A DNA stretch of 64,000 nt from Candidatus Woesearchaeota archaeon (GCA_018302765.1 JAGVZG010000001.1:1-64000), one strand, 5' to 3'; positions 48,347-58,523 are shown, numbered from the stretch's first letter. The notes: generated from the letters alone by a model not told the origin. Numbers and translations: made by a program.

Positions 48347-49591
48347 TTAGAGATCTCTTTGCGTTAGTATTGTTACTTTTGTTTCATTTGGCCTTATTTT
48401 TGAGCTTGTAGCAACTACAAAATTTAAGTTATTTGCTTCTGCTGATTTTGCTATTTCTTTTGTTATGCTACCATCAAAAACTACTGCGAATGCATTTTTT
48501 ACATTTTTAAGCGTTGTCTCTAGTTCTGTTATAGGCACTTTTCCCAAGATATTATAGTCTTTGTCTAATACATATGCGCCTCTTGTTCCAACTAAGTCAT
48601 CCAGCATTTCCTTAAAGTTGTCCTTGCTTTTCTTTTCTACTGGCTGTTGCTGTTGTTGTGGTCTTGGTGGATATTGTTCTTTGTTTTCTCTTGCTTCTCT
48701 TATATTATTGTTTACTCTTCTGAAGTTTTCTGCTTGTATTTGTTGCGGTCTTTTTGCTCCGCTTATTTCAAACTTAAATTGTTCAGCTGCAATTCTGGCT
48801 CTTAAAGCTATATGCATTTCCTTTTTTGTCAGTTCTTCCACTTCTTTTCCTGGAGGAGCTTTTGTTATGTAATCTATTTCTGTAGATTCTAATAATTCTT
48901 TTAGTATTATGTCACCGCCTCTATCTCCATCTACAAATGCAGTAACTGTTTTTTGTCTGCACAGTTCTTTTATTGATTCAGGAATACTGGTTCCGTTTAT
49001 TGCAATTGTATTCTTAAAGCCGTTCTTTAATAAGTTAAGAACATCTGCACGTCCTTCTACAACTATTATTTCTTCTGATTCATCTATTGCAGGTCCTGCT
49101 GGAAGCCTTTCTCTTCCCCATTCAACAATCTCAAGCATTCTAACAGCTTGTGAAACTTCCTCAGTTATTTCCTGTGAATCTGGAAGAACGTTTTCCTGCA
49201 AATTCATTAAGAGTTCTTTAGCTCTGGCTATTACAAATTCCCTTTTTGAAACTCTTACATCTTCTATTTTTTCTACTTTTACTTTTGAGTTGCATGGGCC
49301 AATTCTTTCTATTGTTTCTAGTGCAGCAGCTATTATTGCTGTTTCAGCTTTGTCTAAGCTGCATGGAATAATTATCTGGCCTGAACTTTTTCCATTAATA
49401 GTGTCTAACTTTACTTCTATCCTGCCTACTTTTCCTGACCTTTGAAGTTCTCTAAGCTCTAGATCTTGGCCTAGGAATCCTTCTGTTTGTCCAAATATTG
49501 CGCCAATTACGTCTGGCCTATCAACTAAGCCTTCAATAGTTATGTCATTATATATAATATATTTTGTAGATACTGGGCTTACTTTTCCCAT
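48347..49591 (-). CDS. dnaG: DnaG-type primase (TOPRIM)
   Basis: DVIGAIFGQTEG, IVVEGRADV, FVDGDRGG; GGAGG SD. Confidence 0.97.
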   Translation of the reverse strand: MGKVSPVSTKYIIYNDITIEGLVDRPDVIGAIFGQTEGFLGQDLELRELQRSGKVGRIEVKLDTINGKSSGQIIIPCSLDKAETAIIAAALETIERIGPCNSKVKVEKIEDVRVSKREFVIARAKELLMNLQENVLPDSQEITEEVSQAVRMLEIVEWGRERLPAGPAIDESEEIIVVEGRADVLNLLKNGFKNTIAINGTSIPESIKELCRQKTVTAFVDGDRGGDIILKELLESTEIDYITKAPPGKEVEELTKKEMHIALRARIAAEQFKFEISGAKRPQQIQAENFRRVNNNIREARENKEQYPPRPQQQQQPVEKKSKDNFKEMLDDLVGTRGAYVLDKDYNILGKVPITELETTLKNVKNAFAVVFDGSITKEIAKSAEANNLNFVVATSSKIRPNETKVTILTQRDL

Positions 49592-49886
49592 TTTATTTTC
49601 CTCCGAAACTTAAATCTATAGAACAAAGTATTATTTTGTTGATGTATTTTTGTCTCTTTTTTGGTCTAAATTAAACAAACCACATGAATGATTATGAATT
49701 TTTTAATAGTCTACCTTTGTCCTATGATTATTAGTTATTATGAAGATTATTAGTTATTATGAATTTATGTTGCCTGACATTAACTCCCAAGCATCATTGC
49801 CTGATAGTTTTATCGTCGCTCACTTGAGCCTTTTCTCATGTCAGGCTATGATTATGAGAATGTTAAATTCTTTATATAATTTTTGG

Positions 49887-50288
49887 TTATTCTCTTGGGG
49901 TGTAAACGTCGTTAGAACTAGTGACTATTACAGGCCTGAAGCCTTTGTCTTCAAGTTCTTTTCTTCTTAATTCTTTTTCTATTGCTAATTTTTGTTCTGA
50001 AGATCTCACTAATTCTTCTAAGTATTCAATTCCTACACCTAATGGTTGTATTGCTATAATTGTATGCGTTTCAATTATTGCTGGTTTTTCATGCACTATA
50101 ACAAGTCTATCACCTAAAGCATTTCCGATATTTACTGCGTGAGGACACAGATGTGTTTTGTCATTGTCTGTATATACTAGTTTACCAACCATAGTTGTTG
50201 GTGGCAGAAAAACTCTTACATATTCATTTATTAACGAACTATAATCTTTATTATTAGCTTCTTTTCTTTCATCTAAAAATCCCACCAT
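49887..50288 (-). CDS. Hypothetical protein, possible Sm-like beta fold
   Basis: YVRVFL..MVGKLV pattern; otherwise unrecognised. Confidence 0.65.
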   Translation of the reverse strand: MVGFLDERKEANNKDYSSLINEYVRVFLPPTTMVGKLVYTDNDKTHLCPHAVNIGNALGDRLVIVHEKPAIIETHTIIAIQPLGVGIEYLEELVRSSEQKLAIEKELRRKELEDKGFRPVIVTSSNDVYTPRE

Positions 50289-50412
50289 AGAATATTATGA
50301 TTTATAAGACTATATTAATATTACCATTTATTAGTAGTTATATTTTTTGTTAGTAATTTGTGTAGTTTTGCCTACTAGAAAATTATTTAAATGAAGTACT
50401 TTTTCAGGTTTT

Positions 50413-50670
50413 ATGGAAGGAAAAATAGTTAGTTTTAGAAGAAGCATTAAAAGGCAGCAAAAATATCAGATGATTGTTAAAGTTAATGGTGTTGAAAATA
50501 AAGATAAAGCTATATCTTTATTAAATAAGAAAGTTACTTGGAAAAGCCCAGCTGGTAAAGAAATTCATGGTGTTGTGACAAATACGCATGGCAATTCTGG
50601 AGCTTTAAGAGTGCAGTTTGAGAAGGGACTGCCAGGACAGAGTGTTGGAAAAATTGTTAGTTTTTCTTAA
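50413..50670 (+). CDS. rpl35ae: 50S ribosomal protein L35Ae
   Basis: GVVTNTHGNSGALRVQFEKGLPGQ. Confidence 0.95.
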   Translation: MEGKIVSFRRSIKRQQKYQMIVKVNGVENKDKAISLLNKKVTWKSPAGKEIHGVVTNTHGNSGALRVQFEKGLPGQSVGKIVSFS

Positions 50671-50887
50671 AATATCTACCATACAATAGTAAGGTATTTA
50701 TTTTATTTGTTTCTAATTTTTCTTTAAAAGGCTGATTGAACTTGTGCTTGACTGCTGTTCTTTAATAGAGAGCAGATCGAGGTTCGGCTATAAAAAATTT
50801 TGAAGCTACTAAAGTTCATATTGTTGGCGAATGGGCCAGATAAATTTTTTAGTTAATTTTATAAACAATTTATAATTCACTAATTTT

Positions 50888-51412
50888 ATGGCAGGACTAA
50901 GAAAAGGTTGTTGTTATAGAAGATTAGAAAGACCTTATACTAGGAAGAGCAAGTATAAATCAAAGAGTTATATAAAAGCATTTCCTAATCATAAGATAAG
51001 TAGATTTGAAATGGGTGAGAGAAATAGGTCTTATGAGTACAAAGTAAAATTGGTTTCTAAAGGGACTTTACAAATAAGGCAGAATTCTATTGAGAGTGCC
51101 AGAATGATTGTTAATAGAGCATTGCAGGACAATTTAGGAACTAATTATTATCTTAAGATAAATGTTTATCCTCATCACGCTTTAAGAGAAAATAAGATGC
51201 TGGGTGGAGCTCATGCAGATAGGTTACAGACAGGCATGGCACATTCATTTGGTAAAGTTGTAAACACTGCAGCACAAATGAAGAAAGGTAAAGAACTTAT
51301 GACTGCTTGGGTATTTAGAAGTGGATTGGATCAAGCTAAACAAGCTTTGAAGTCTGCAGCTCCTAGACTGTCTGGACAGTTTGGAATAGAAATTGAGCCT
51401 GTTTCTGTTTAA
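50888..51412 (+). CDS. rpl10e: 50S ribosomal protein L10e (uL16)
   Basis: YPHHALRENKM..ADRLQTGMAHSFGK. Confidence 0.97.
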   Translation: MAGLRKGCCYRRLERPYTRKSKYKSKSYIKAFPNHKISRFEMGERNRSYEYKVKLVSKGTLQIRQNSIESARMIVNRALQDNLGTNYYLKINVYPHHALRENKMLGGAHADRLQTGMAHSFGKVVNTAAQMKKGKELMTAWVFRSGLDQAKQALKSAAPRLSGQFGIEIEPVSV

Positions 51413-51599
51413 TGTTTTTAAAAGAAATAGTTTTAGATTTGCAGAAAAAATATTCTGGTTATATTAAAAATCATGAAAGCATGTGGATAGTTAAATAAAA
51501 TAAAAGATATAATAACTTGGAAAACTCTGAAATTTTAACAAGCTTTATAAATAATAAATTTTATTAAAATCTTTTCACGTTTTTCCGGAGGTAGTAAAG

Positions 51600-52118
51600 A
51601 TGAATGAAAGAAGAATAATGTATATGACTTATAGTCTAGCTGAAAATTCTGAGCTAGAAGTAAAGGGCTTGCCTGACTCTTTTAGTTATGAGATTGATGA
51701 CTTTGTAGATCCTAGTGGTGCCATAGCAGGAGAGAAACTTTTGGACAGTGCTTTTGTTGGAGGCTCTGACAATGTTTTATATTATTTGGTAGTATTTGAC
51801 ATAAGGGGTTTTAATAAAGAAGAATATGCTTTAGAACATGGACAAAAATTGCTTGGTTATGTTTCCACTGCCAGAATCAACAGTCCGCATCTTCGGTCTT
51901 TTTATTGTGGCACTGGTATGCCTATTGTTGCTTTAGTTGCTGATAATTCATTGGCAATTAAACTTATGACTAATGAAAGATTTGAACATTTGAGGTTTGC
52001 TTTGGCCAGACAATCAGATGATAGAGTTGTTGTTGATTTAGAATCTGTTATTGATAGCTCAAGTTTATCTAGGCTTATTAGACAAAGCGCAGAAAGAACT
52101 CGTGAAAGAAGAGTTTAA
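51600..52118 (+). CDS. Hypothetical protein
   Basis: 172-aa ATG ORF with GGAGG upstream. Confidence 0.7.
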   Translation: MNERRIMYMTYSLAENSELEVKGLPDSFSYEIDDFVDPSGAIAGEKLLDSAFVGGSDNVLYYLVVFDIRGFNKEEYALEHGQKLLGYVSTARINSPHLRSFYCGTGMPIVALVADNSLAIKLMTNERFEHLRFALARQSDDRVVVDLESVIDSSSLSRLIRQSAERTRERRV

Positions 52119-52187
52119 TATTTATTTTTTATTTAATGAAAAGCTTTAATAATGAAATAATTCCTAGTTAATTTAGAGAGGGGGTTT

Positions 52188-54575
52188 ATGGTAAATTCGC
52201 CAGTTGTATGGTTTTCTGAAATTAGTGCTAGTGACAATGGCATTGTTGGCGGTAAAGGCGTTAATTTGGGAATAATGTATAACCTAAGACTTCCTGTTCC
52301 GTCAGGTTTTGTTGTTACAGCCCAGGCTTACAAATTCTTTCTAGATAAAACTGGAATTCAGCAGAGTATTCTTGATATCTTGAATAATTTAGACGTTGAA
52401 GACACAGAGAAACTGCAGAAAGCTTCTGACAGTATTCAGGAAATAATTTTAGACGCAGATATGCCTGATGTTATAAAGAAATCCGTAATAGAAGCTTATG
52501 ATGATATGAACGTTGATAGGGCTGTTACTAAAGCTATTGGTAAAGACGTACTTAATACTTTTATTAAAGCTGGAAGAGACCTTCCTTTTGTTGCTGTCAG
52601 AAGTTCTGCTACTGCAGAGGACCAGCCAGAGGCTAGCTTTGCAGGACAGCAAGCTACTTATTTGAATGTTAGAGGAAAAGATGAAGTTGTTTTGGCTGTG
52701 CAAAAATGCTGGGCTTCTTTGTTTACTGCAAGGGCAATTTATTACAGAACAAAAAATGGTTTTCCACATGATAAAGTTTTGATTGCAGTTGTTGTTCAGA
52801 AGATGGTTAATTCTGAAAAATCAGGAGTTATGTTTAGCGTGAATCCTGCGACAAATAATGAAACTGAAATAATGATTGAAGCAGCTTTTGGTTTAGGTGA
52901 AGTTGTTGTCGGGGGTGAAATAACTCCCGATACTTATATTGTAGATAAAAGTTCTTTGGTTATAAAATCTAAAAAAGTTACAAAGCAGGAATATGGCTTA
53001 TTTAGAGATATATATACTGGTAAAAACATTAAGAAATACCTTAGTGAAAAAGAAGGAAACATTCAAAAATTAACTGAGAGTGAGATCATAAAATTAGCAG
53101 AATATGGAAAGTCTTTGGAAGATCATTACAGAAAGCCAATGGATTCTGAATGGGCTGTTGAAAATGGAAAAATATTTTTGGTTCAAACTAGACCTGTTAC
53201 AACATTACTAAAGAAAAAGTCTGAAGCTCCTAGAATTGAGCATGACAACATGAGGGAAATTGTGAAAGGATTAGGCGCTAGTCCTGGCGTCGGCATCGGT
53301 AAAGTGAAAATAATTAAAGATGCTAGTGAACTGTCTAAAATTGAGAAAGGTGACGTTTTGGTTACGAGAATGACGTCACCTGATTATGTTGCTGCCATGA
53401 AAAAGGCAGTTGCAATAGTTACTGATGAAGGTGGAATTACTGCTCATGCTGCTATAGTAAGTCGTGAACTTCAAATTCCATGTATAGTGGGCACAGAGAA
53501 AATAACTCAATTAGTACATAATGGTGATATGATTACTGTTGATGGAACTAACGGTGTTGTTTATGAAGGAAGTGTTGCTCCAAGCATAACTTCAACTTCT
53601 GCAAACGAACAGAAAATTGTTAGTGAACAAAACAGCACTTTGGAAAGTACTGAGAGTTTAGTTACAGGAACTAAGGTTTTTATGAATTTAGGTGAGCCTG
53701 ATAAAATTGATGACTATAAAAACTTGCCTTTTGATGGAATAGGTTTAATGAGAATAGAATTTATAATTACAGACAAGATAGGAAAGCATCCATTGTACAT
53801 GATACAGAATGGGCAGCAGCAAGAATACATAGATAAACTTTCTGATGGCATTGCTAAGGTTGCCAGAGCAATTAGTCCTAAGCCTTTAATAGTTAGATTT
53901 TCTGATTTTAAAACCAATGAATATAAGAACTTAGTTGGTGGAGATAAGTTTGAATTTAGTGAAGACAATCCAATGTTAGGATTTAGAGGTTGTTCCAGAT
54001 ATTTAAGTGAGGACTTTAGAGAAGCTTTTAGATTGGAAGTTCTGGCTGTAAAAAAATTAAGAGAGCAGGGTTTAAAAAATGTTCATGTTATGCTTCCTTT
54101 TGTTAGGACTGTTGACGATGTTAGAAAGTGCTCTAAATTTTTAGAGAGTGAAGGCTTAGTTAATAATCATGAGTTTAGAATTTATATTATGGCTGAAGTG
54201 CCTTCAGTTGCTTTTGTACCAGAAGACTTTGCTGAACTGAATATTTATGGTGCGAGCATAGGAAGCAATGACTTAACTCAGATGACTTTGGGAGTTGACA
54301 GGGACAGTGCAAAGCTTGGAAGAATGGGATATTTTGATGAAAGAAATCCTGCAGTTTTGAAAGCCATGTCAAATATTATCCGTGGCTTCCGGAAGCACAA
54401 TAAAAAAGTAAGTATTTGTGGCCAGAGTGTTAGTGAATATGAGGAAATAGTTGAATTTTTAGTTAAAGAAGGAATAGATAGTGTTTCAGTTAATCCAGAT
54501 GTTGTTTTTAAAACCAGAAAATTAATTGCTTCTGTAGAAAGAAATATTTTACTTGGTAAAATAAGAAGATACTAG
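52188..54575 (+). CDS. ppsA: Phosphoenolpyruvate synthase
   Basis: AVRSSATAEDQPEASFAGQQ, GGITAHAAIVSRE, SIGSNDLTQ. Confidence 0.97.
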   Translation: MVNSPVVWFSEISASDNGIVGGKGVNLGIMYNLRLPVPSGFVVTAQAYKFFLDKTGIQQSILDILNNLDVEDTEKLQKASDSIQEIILDADMPDVIKKSVIEAYDDMNVDRAVTKAIGKDVLNTFIKAGRDLPFVAVRSSATAEDQPEASFAGQQATYLNVRGKDEVVLAVQKCWASLFTARAIYYRTKNGFPHDKVLIAVVVQKMVNSEKSGVMFSVNPATNNETEIMIEAAFGLGEVVVGGEITPDTYIVDKSSLVIKSKKVTKQEYGLFRDIYTGKNIKKYLSEKEGNIQKLTESEIIKLAEYGKSLEDHYRKPMDSEWAVENGKIFLVQTRPVTTLLKKKSEAPRIEHDNMREIVKGLGASPGVGIGKVKIIKDASELSKIEKGDVLVTRMTSPDYVAAMKKAVAIVTDEGGITAHAAIVSRELQIPCIVGTEKITQLVHNGDMITVDGTNGVVYEGSVAPSITSTSANEQKIVSEQNSTLESTESLVTGTKVFMNLGEPDKIDDYKNLPFDGIGLMRIEFIITDKIGKHPLYMIQNGQQQEYIDKLSDGIAKVARAISPKPLIVRFSDFKTNEYKNLVGGDKFEFSEDNPMLGFRGCSRYLSEDFREAFRLEVLAVKKLREQGLKNVHVMLPFVRTVDDVRKCSKFLESEGLVNNHEFRIYIMAEVPSVAFVPEDFAELNIYGASIGSNDLTQMTLGVDRDSAKLGRMGYFDERNPAVLKAMSNIIRGFRKHNKKVSICGQSVSEYEEIVEFLVKEGIDSVSVNPDVVFKTRKLIASVERNILLGKIRRY

Positions 54576-55387
54576 TGGCCTCTAGCGTCTCTTCTTATAG
54601 GTACTTTCTTGGGTTGATAATTGGGATTGTTTTTTGATATTCTGGGACTTCTGTTTCTTAGGACATCTTCTAGTTTTGTTCCTTGAGGCAATTTTCCTAT
54701 GTATGCATTTGCTTGCTCTGGCAAGCCCTTTCCCAAGTACGAATCTCTTCCAATTTCAAGTCCTCCATAAACATCAATTTTTTTCCCTTTTATTCCATCA
54801 CCTAGATCACTTGCTTCATACCAACCATTAAAATTTTTACAAAGATCTGTTTCGCATGGATTTCCTTTTTTATTTATAAATTCTATTCTTACTAAAGTTC
54901 CTTTTGGAATTAAATCTCTGTCTACCGCTATAGACCTTCCAGTTTTTACACAATTGCCGTCTGCTGTGTAGCCAAGAAGGCATCCTGGCTTTGGTTTTTT
55001 ACCTTTACTTTCTTCTTTTGTTGGTTTTACGCTAGCAGCTGTATACAGCAGACCATCTTTTCCAATACCAGAGCCTTCGCATCTTACTGCTTCATAAAAT
55101 CCTTTATTTTGTAATCTGCAAGCTTTTTTAGCATTTATTCTTTCACAAGTAGTTGACCATTTATCGTAATGTTTGCCGTTTGCTGTGTTGTAAGTTGTGA
55201 CTTTAAATCTGCCTAGAGACCATCCGCCTTCTTTTCTATTGTCTTCTTGAACTGCTTCTAACTCTGGAGCCAAGTAATTATACTGCGCTTGGTAATAAGC
55301 AGGCCTTAGCCATTCGTACCAAGCTACTGGAGCACTAATAGCAACAAGTCCAGCCAAACCTAATTTTAATTTTGTTTTAGTTTTCAT
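54572..55387 (-). CDS. Membrane-anchored 3D (3-Asp) domain protein, putative peptidoglycan-active enzyme
   Basis: FKVTTY, SIAVDRDLIPKGT, ASDLGDGIKGKKIDVY; N-terminal anchor. Confidence 0.85.
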   Translation of the reverse strand: MKTKTKLKLGLAGLVAISAPVAWYEWLRPAYYQAQYNYLAPELEAVQEDNRKEGGWSLGRFKVTTYNTANGKHYDKWSTTCERINAKKACRLQNKGFYEAVRCEGSGIGKDGLLYTAASVKPTKEESKGKKPKPGCLLGYTADGNCVKTGRSIAVDRDLIPKGTLVRIEFINKKGNPCETDLCKNFNGWYEASDLGDGIKGKKIDVYGGLEIGRDSYLGKGLPEQANAYIGKLPQGTKLEDVLRNRSPRISKNNPNYQPKKVPIRRDARGH

Positions 55388-55533
55388 TTTACAAAGAAGA
55401 GTTTTTACGTCACTCTTTTATTATTGTTGGGTTTAGCAGTATATAAAGCTTTTTATTGTTGCTACTTTATAGTTATAACAAATAGAAAGGTATATAAATA
55501 AGTCTTACTACTATTATTATTAGGAGTTTAAAA

Positions 55534-55659
55534 ATGAAATGTGAAATATGCAAATACAATTGGACGCCTAGGATTGTTAGTCCTAAGTCATGCCCTAGAT
55601 GCAAGAGAAGGTTTGATTATTTTAATATAAAGAATGTTGTAGGAGTACAAAATGGCTGA
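55534..55659 (+). CDS. Zinc-ribbon microprotein (41 aa; missed by ORF track)
   Basis: MKCEICKYNWTPRIVSPKSCPRCKRRFDY..; AGGAG SD and TATA upstream. Confidence 0.8.
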   Translation: MKCEICKYNWTPRIVSPKSCPRCKRRFDYFNIKNVVGVQNG

Positions 55660-56458
55660 AAAAAAGAAAGAATTCAAGCTAAGAAAAGATCTAGAACAAT
55701 TAGTTGGTTTGTCAAATCAAGCTAAAGGTTTGACAGAAAGGGCAAGAAAAGGAGTCAATATTGATTTAGTTGATGAAGCATTTGGCCTTTGTAGTGTTTT
55801 AAATGAGGGAGGAATTTCTAGTATTGATCCAGCAACACTTGGACCAATGTCCCAATATGATCTTATGAGAACAATTAGAGCTGGCTATGGACATGTACGT
55901 CAGAAGCTAGAGGAAAATATAGATGACGTTACTTATGCTAATGCGAGAAAGGCTTATTTGGGAAGGCTTGACCTTGAGGTGAAAGTGGGCTTTTATTTAG
56001 AAATGTTGAAGGATGGAGCAGTTCCAAATCCTCCTGACGGTAAGGCTTCTAAGGAAGTTAAAGGGACTTATGCAGCTTTAGTGCAAGCTAAGAAAGAATT
56101 AGAGTTGGCAGATAAGATTGAAAAAGCTGTAGAGAGTGGAGACTTATCAGCTGCTAGGCAAGAAGTTGTTAGATACTTAGATGCAGACACTATTGATTAT
56201 TTAGGTGTATTGGGAGGATACAGCGGCCCAGCTTTTACTGGCGCACAGAAAAATGTTTATACAGATATTGCAAATATAAGAAGGCAGAATGCTGCAAAAC
56301 TTGTATCTGATAAAAAACTAACTGGCTTGATTGACAAAGGAATTGAAAAATTGGGCAAAGCTAAAGCTCTTGTCGGCATGTACAATGCTTACCAAACACA
56401 GTTGCAGTATGACGCTATGAAAGAAAGAGCAAAAAAATCAGCTAAGAAAGCTGCTTAA
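55652..56458 (+). CDS. Hypothetical all-alpha protein
   Basis: 268-aa ORF with AGGAG SD, overlapping the zinc-ribbon gene. Confidence 0.8.
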   Translation: MAEKKKEFKLRKDLEQLVGLSNQAKGLTERARKGVNIDLVDEAFGLCSVLNEGGISSIDPATLGPMSQYDLMRTIRAGYGHVRQKLEENIDDVTYANARKAYLGRLDLEVKVGFYLEMLKDGAVPNPPDGKASKEVKGTYAALVQAKKELELADKIEKAVESGDLSAARQEVVRYLDADTIDYLGVLGGYSGPAFTGAQKNVYTDIANIRRQNAAKLVSDKKLTGLIDKGIEKLGKAKALVGMYNAYQTQLQYDAMKERAKKSAKKAA

Positions 56459-56479
56459 ATTTTTTATTTTGAGATTAAA

Positions 56480-56725
56480 ATGGCAAAACTAAATAAGGAA
56501 ATCTCTGATTTAGTTGTCAGAGCTTGGACAATGGCTGTGGCTACAGTTTTTACTTTAAGCACATGTTGGCCTATTGTTTCTTATGTAAAAAGTATTAGGC
56601 CTTTCTCTGATAGTTATGGATATGATAGAAATTTAGGCATTTGTGTTGGTTTTGAAGATAGTTGTAGCAGAAATCCTGTTTGTTTTTATAATCTAGAGTC
56701 AGAAAGTTTATACGTTAAAAATTAA
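56480..56725 (+). CDS. Small hypothetical membrane protein
   Basis: One hydrophobic helix and a Cys-containing tail. Confidence 0.55.
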   Translation: MAKLNKEISDLVVRAWTMAVATVFTLSTCWPIVSYVKSIRPFSDSYGYDRNLGICVGFEDSCSRNPVCFYNLESESLYVKN

Positions 56726-57568
56726 TTAAGTTTGTTTTACTTCGTATTTTATTATTTTCTGATTTTTTATTAATGCTCTTGATATTTTATTTAGCTCTAT
56801 AACAAAATCTTCTGATTTTTTTTGAAGATCCTCAATTTCAAATCCATTCATTCTGTTCACTTCACCGTGCAGTATTGCTTTTGCTTTTTTTCTTACTAGT
56901 TCATACCACTCTACAAATTTTTTGTCTAGAGTATCCTCTTTTACAAATGTTTCATTTAGCATTTCAGCTATATGTTCTGGAGATGGAGGAATAACATTTA
57001 TTGCCATTAATGCTGCGTGGCTTGCGTCTACCATTGCCCAGTAAAATCCTTCTATACTGTTTAATATGTTGGAGTTTGCTCTTATTAGGTGCTGTCCTGA
57101 TCTTTGCATTGTTGTAAATATTGCTTCTGGACTTGGTCTTATTTTTCCCTTAGCTAGCAAGACTTTTAGAGGATCAAAGAATCCACCCAAATCTATTAAA
57201 GGTTCACCATATCTTAATACATTAATTACCAATGGCTCGCCAGCTCTCACTTCTTCCCAAAATGCTGTTAGTGTCACTGTATTAATATGCAGTTCTTTTT
57301 TATAATTTTGCGCAGCCATGAGCTTAGCTAACTCTTCCCTATACCAAGCTATTAATTCGTCATCCCAGTTTACAGTGCAGTCATCAATAATTATTACTAA
57401 ATCAATATCGCTTTTTGACGTTGTTTTTTGTTTTATAGAAGAACCAAACATTGCTATTGCTTTTATTACATCTCTGAATTTTTGATAAGCTTTAGCTGCG
57501 AAATCTAATGCGATATCCCTGTCAGAATCTAAACTACTAACTTTTGTTTTTTTCACCTTCTTTTTCAT
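56726..57568 (-). CDS. Pol-beta superfamily nucleotidyltransferase fused to a HEPN-like helical domain
   Basis: FGS..SDIDLVIIIDD, then GKIRPSPEAI and a helical domain. Confidence 0.85.
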   Translation of the reverse strand: MKKKVKKTKVSSLDSDRDIALDFAAKAYQKFRDVIKAIAMFGSSIKQKTTSKSDIDLVIIIDDCTVNWDDELIAWYREELAKLMAAQNYKKELHINTVTLTAFWEEVRAGEPLVINVLRYGEPLIDLGGFFDPLKVLLAKGKIRPSPEAIFTTMQRSGQHLIRANSNILNSIEGFYWAMVDASHAALMAINVIPPSPEHIAEMLNETFVKEDTLDKKFVEWYELVRKKAKAILHGEVNRMNGFEIEDLQKKSEDFVIELNKISRALIKNQKIIKYEVKQT

Positions 57569-57618
57569 TAGTTATATTAATTATATTTCAATATTTATAT
57601 CTTTTGGTACTATATTGT

Positions 57619-58407
57619 TTATTTTGCTTTGTTTAGTAGTGCAGAAAATTCATCTAATTTTTCATCTAGAAATTCCAAGGCTTTTCCTAGAATTTCTTCA
57701 GGAGTTATTTTTCCCCAAGATTCTATTGTAAATATAAAATCTTTTTCACTTCCTTCAACTTTAATGCCTTCTTTTGGATCTACTGCGTCTACACATGCCA
57801 TGCATAAAGTGCATGCTTCTTGGTCTACAATAGTAAGCTGTTTTCCTTTAATTTCATATACGTTTACTGGACATGATTTTACAACTTCTTCAGGATTTTT
57901 TACTTTGTCAATATTTATTTTTGGATATCCTTTATAGTATACAAGACCTGGGTTGAATTTAGCATGTTCCTTACCAGTTCCTAATGTAGCAACAGCTTCG
58001 AATTCCAATTCCTGTCCTTTTAGCAATTTAACTATTGGCATTTTTGCATATACAGGTTTAATCTTCGGATCTTGGAATTTAAGATCTGAAGCATAAACTG
58101 TTAATGGCCCTTCTGCTTTTAGAGTTACAACAACTTGGCATTTTGTACATCCTGAACCCTTGCAGTTACATTTTTCTGGTAGATCATAAGAACTTAAATC
58201 AGTAAAAAGAGGCAACATACCTAATCTATGAGCAAGAATTTCATCAAATAGTGCTGAACTATTTTTTGTAATGGTAGCACGTCTTATAGCCATTGTTGGA
58301 ACTTCAGAAGTTATAACACGTCTAATAGCGTTAACAAAAGCAGGGTTTGAATCTTTCATTAGGAAAGTGGTTTTATTTCCTTCTCTCTTTAGCAGTTTTA
58401 TATCCAT
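57619..58407 (-). CDS. rpoD: RNA polymerase subunit Rpo3 (RpoD)
   Basis: NAIRRVI..EVPTMAI, DEILAHRLG, GKEHAKF, ferredoxin-like CTLCMAC. Confidence 0.97.
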   Translation of the reverse strand: MDIKLLKREGNKTTFLMKDSNPAFVNAIRRVITSEVPTMAIRRATITKNSSALFDEILAHRLGMLPLFTDLSSYDLPEKCNCKGSGCTKCQVVVTLKAEGPLTVYASDLKFQDPKIKPVYAKMPIVKLLKGQELEFEAVATLGTGKEHAKFNPGLVYYKGYPKINIDKVKNPEEVVKSCPVNVYEIKGKQLTIVDQEACTLCMACVDAVDPKEGIKVEGSEKDFIFTIESWGKITPEEILGKALEFLDEKLDEFSALLNKAK

Positions 58408-58523
58408 TTTGAATCAAAAATAGTATGGTTGGAAAATATAGGACATTTAAAAAGTTTTTTGTTTGATTTTTCTGATGAGTTCTTCGTCAAAATGTTTATA
58501 AATATCCATACGATTAGTTTTAT

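Noticed and set aside
50825-50837. GGCGAATGGGCC resembles the 3' end of the HDV ribozyme
   Set aside because: No convincing P1, P1.1 (GG) or L3 elements upstream, so the double pseudoknot cannot be built
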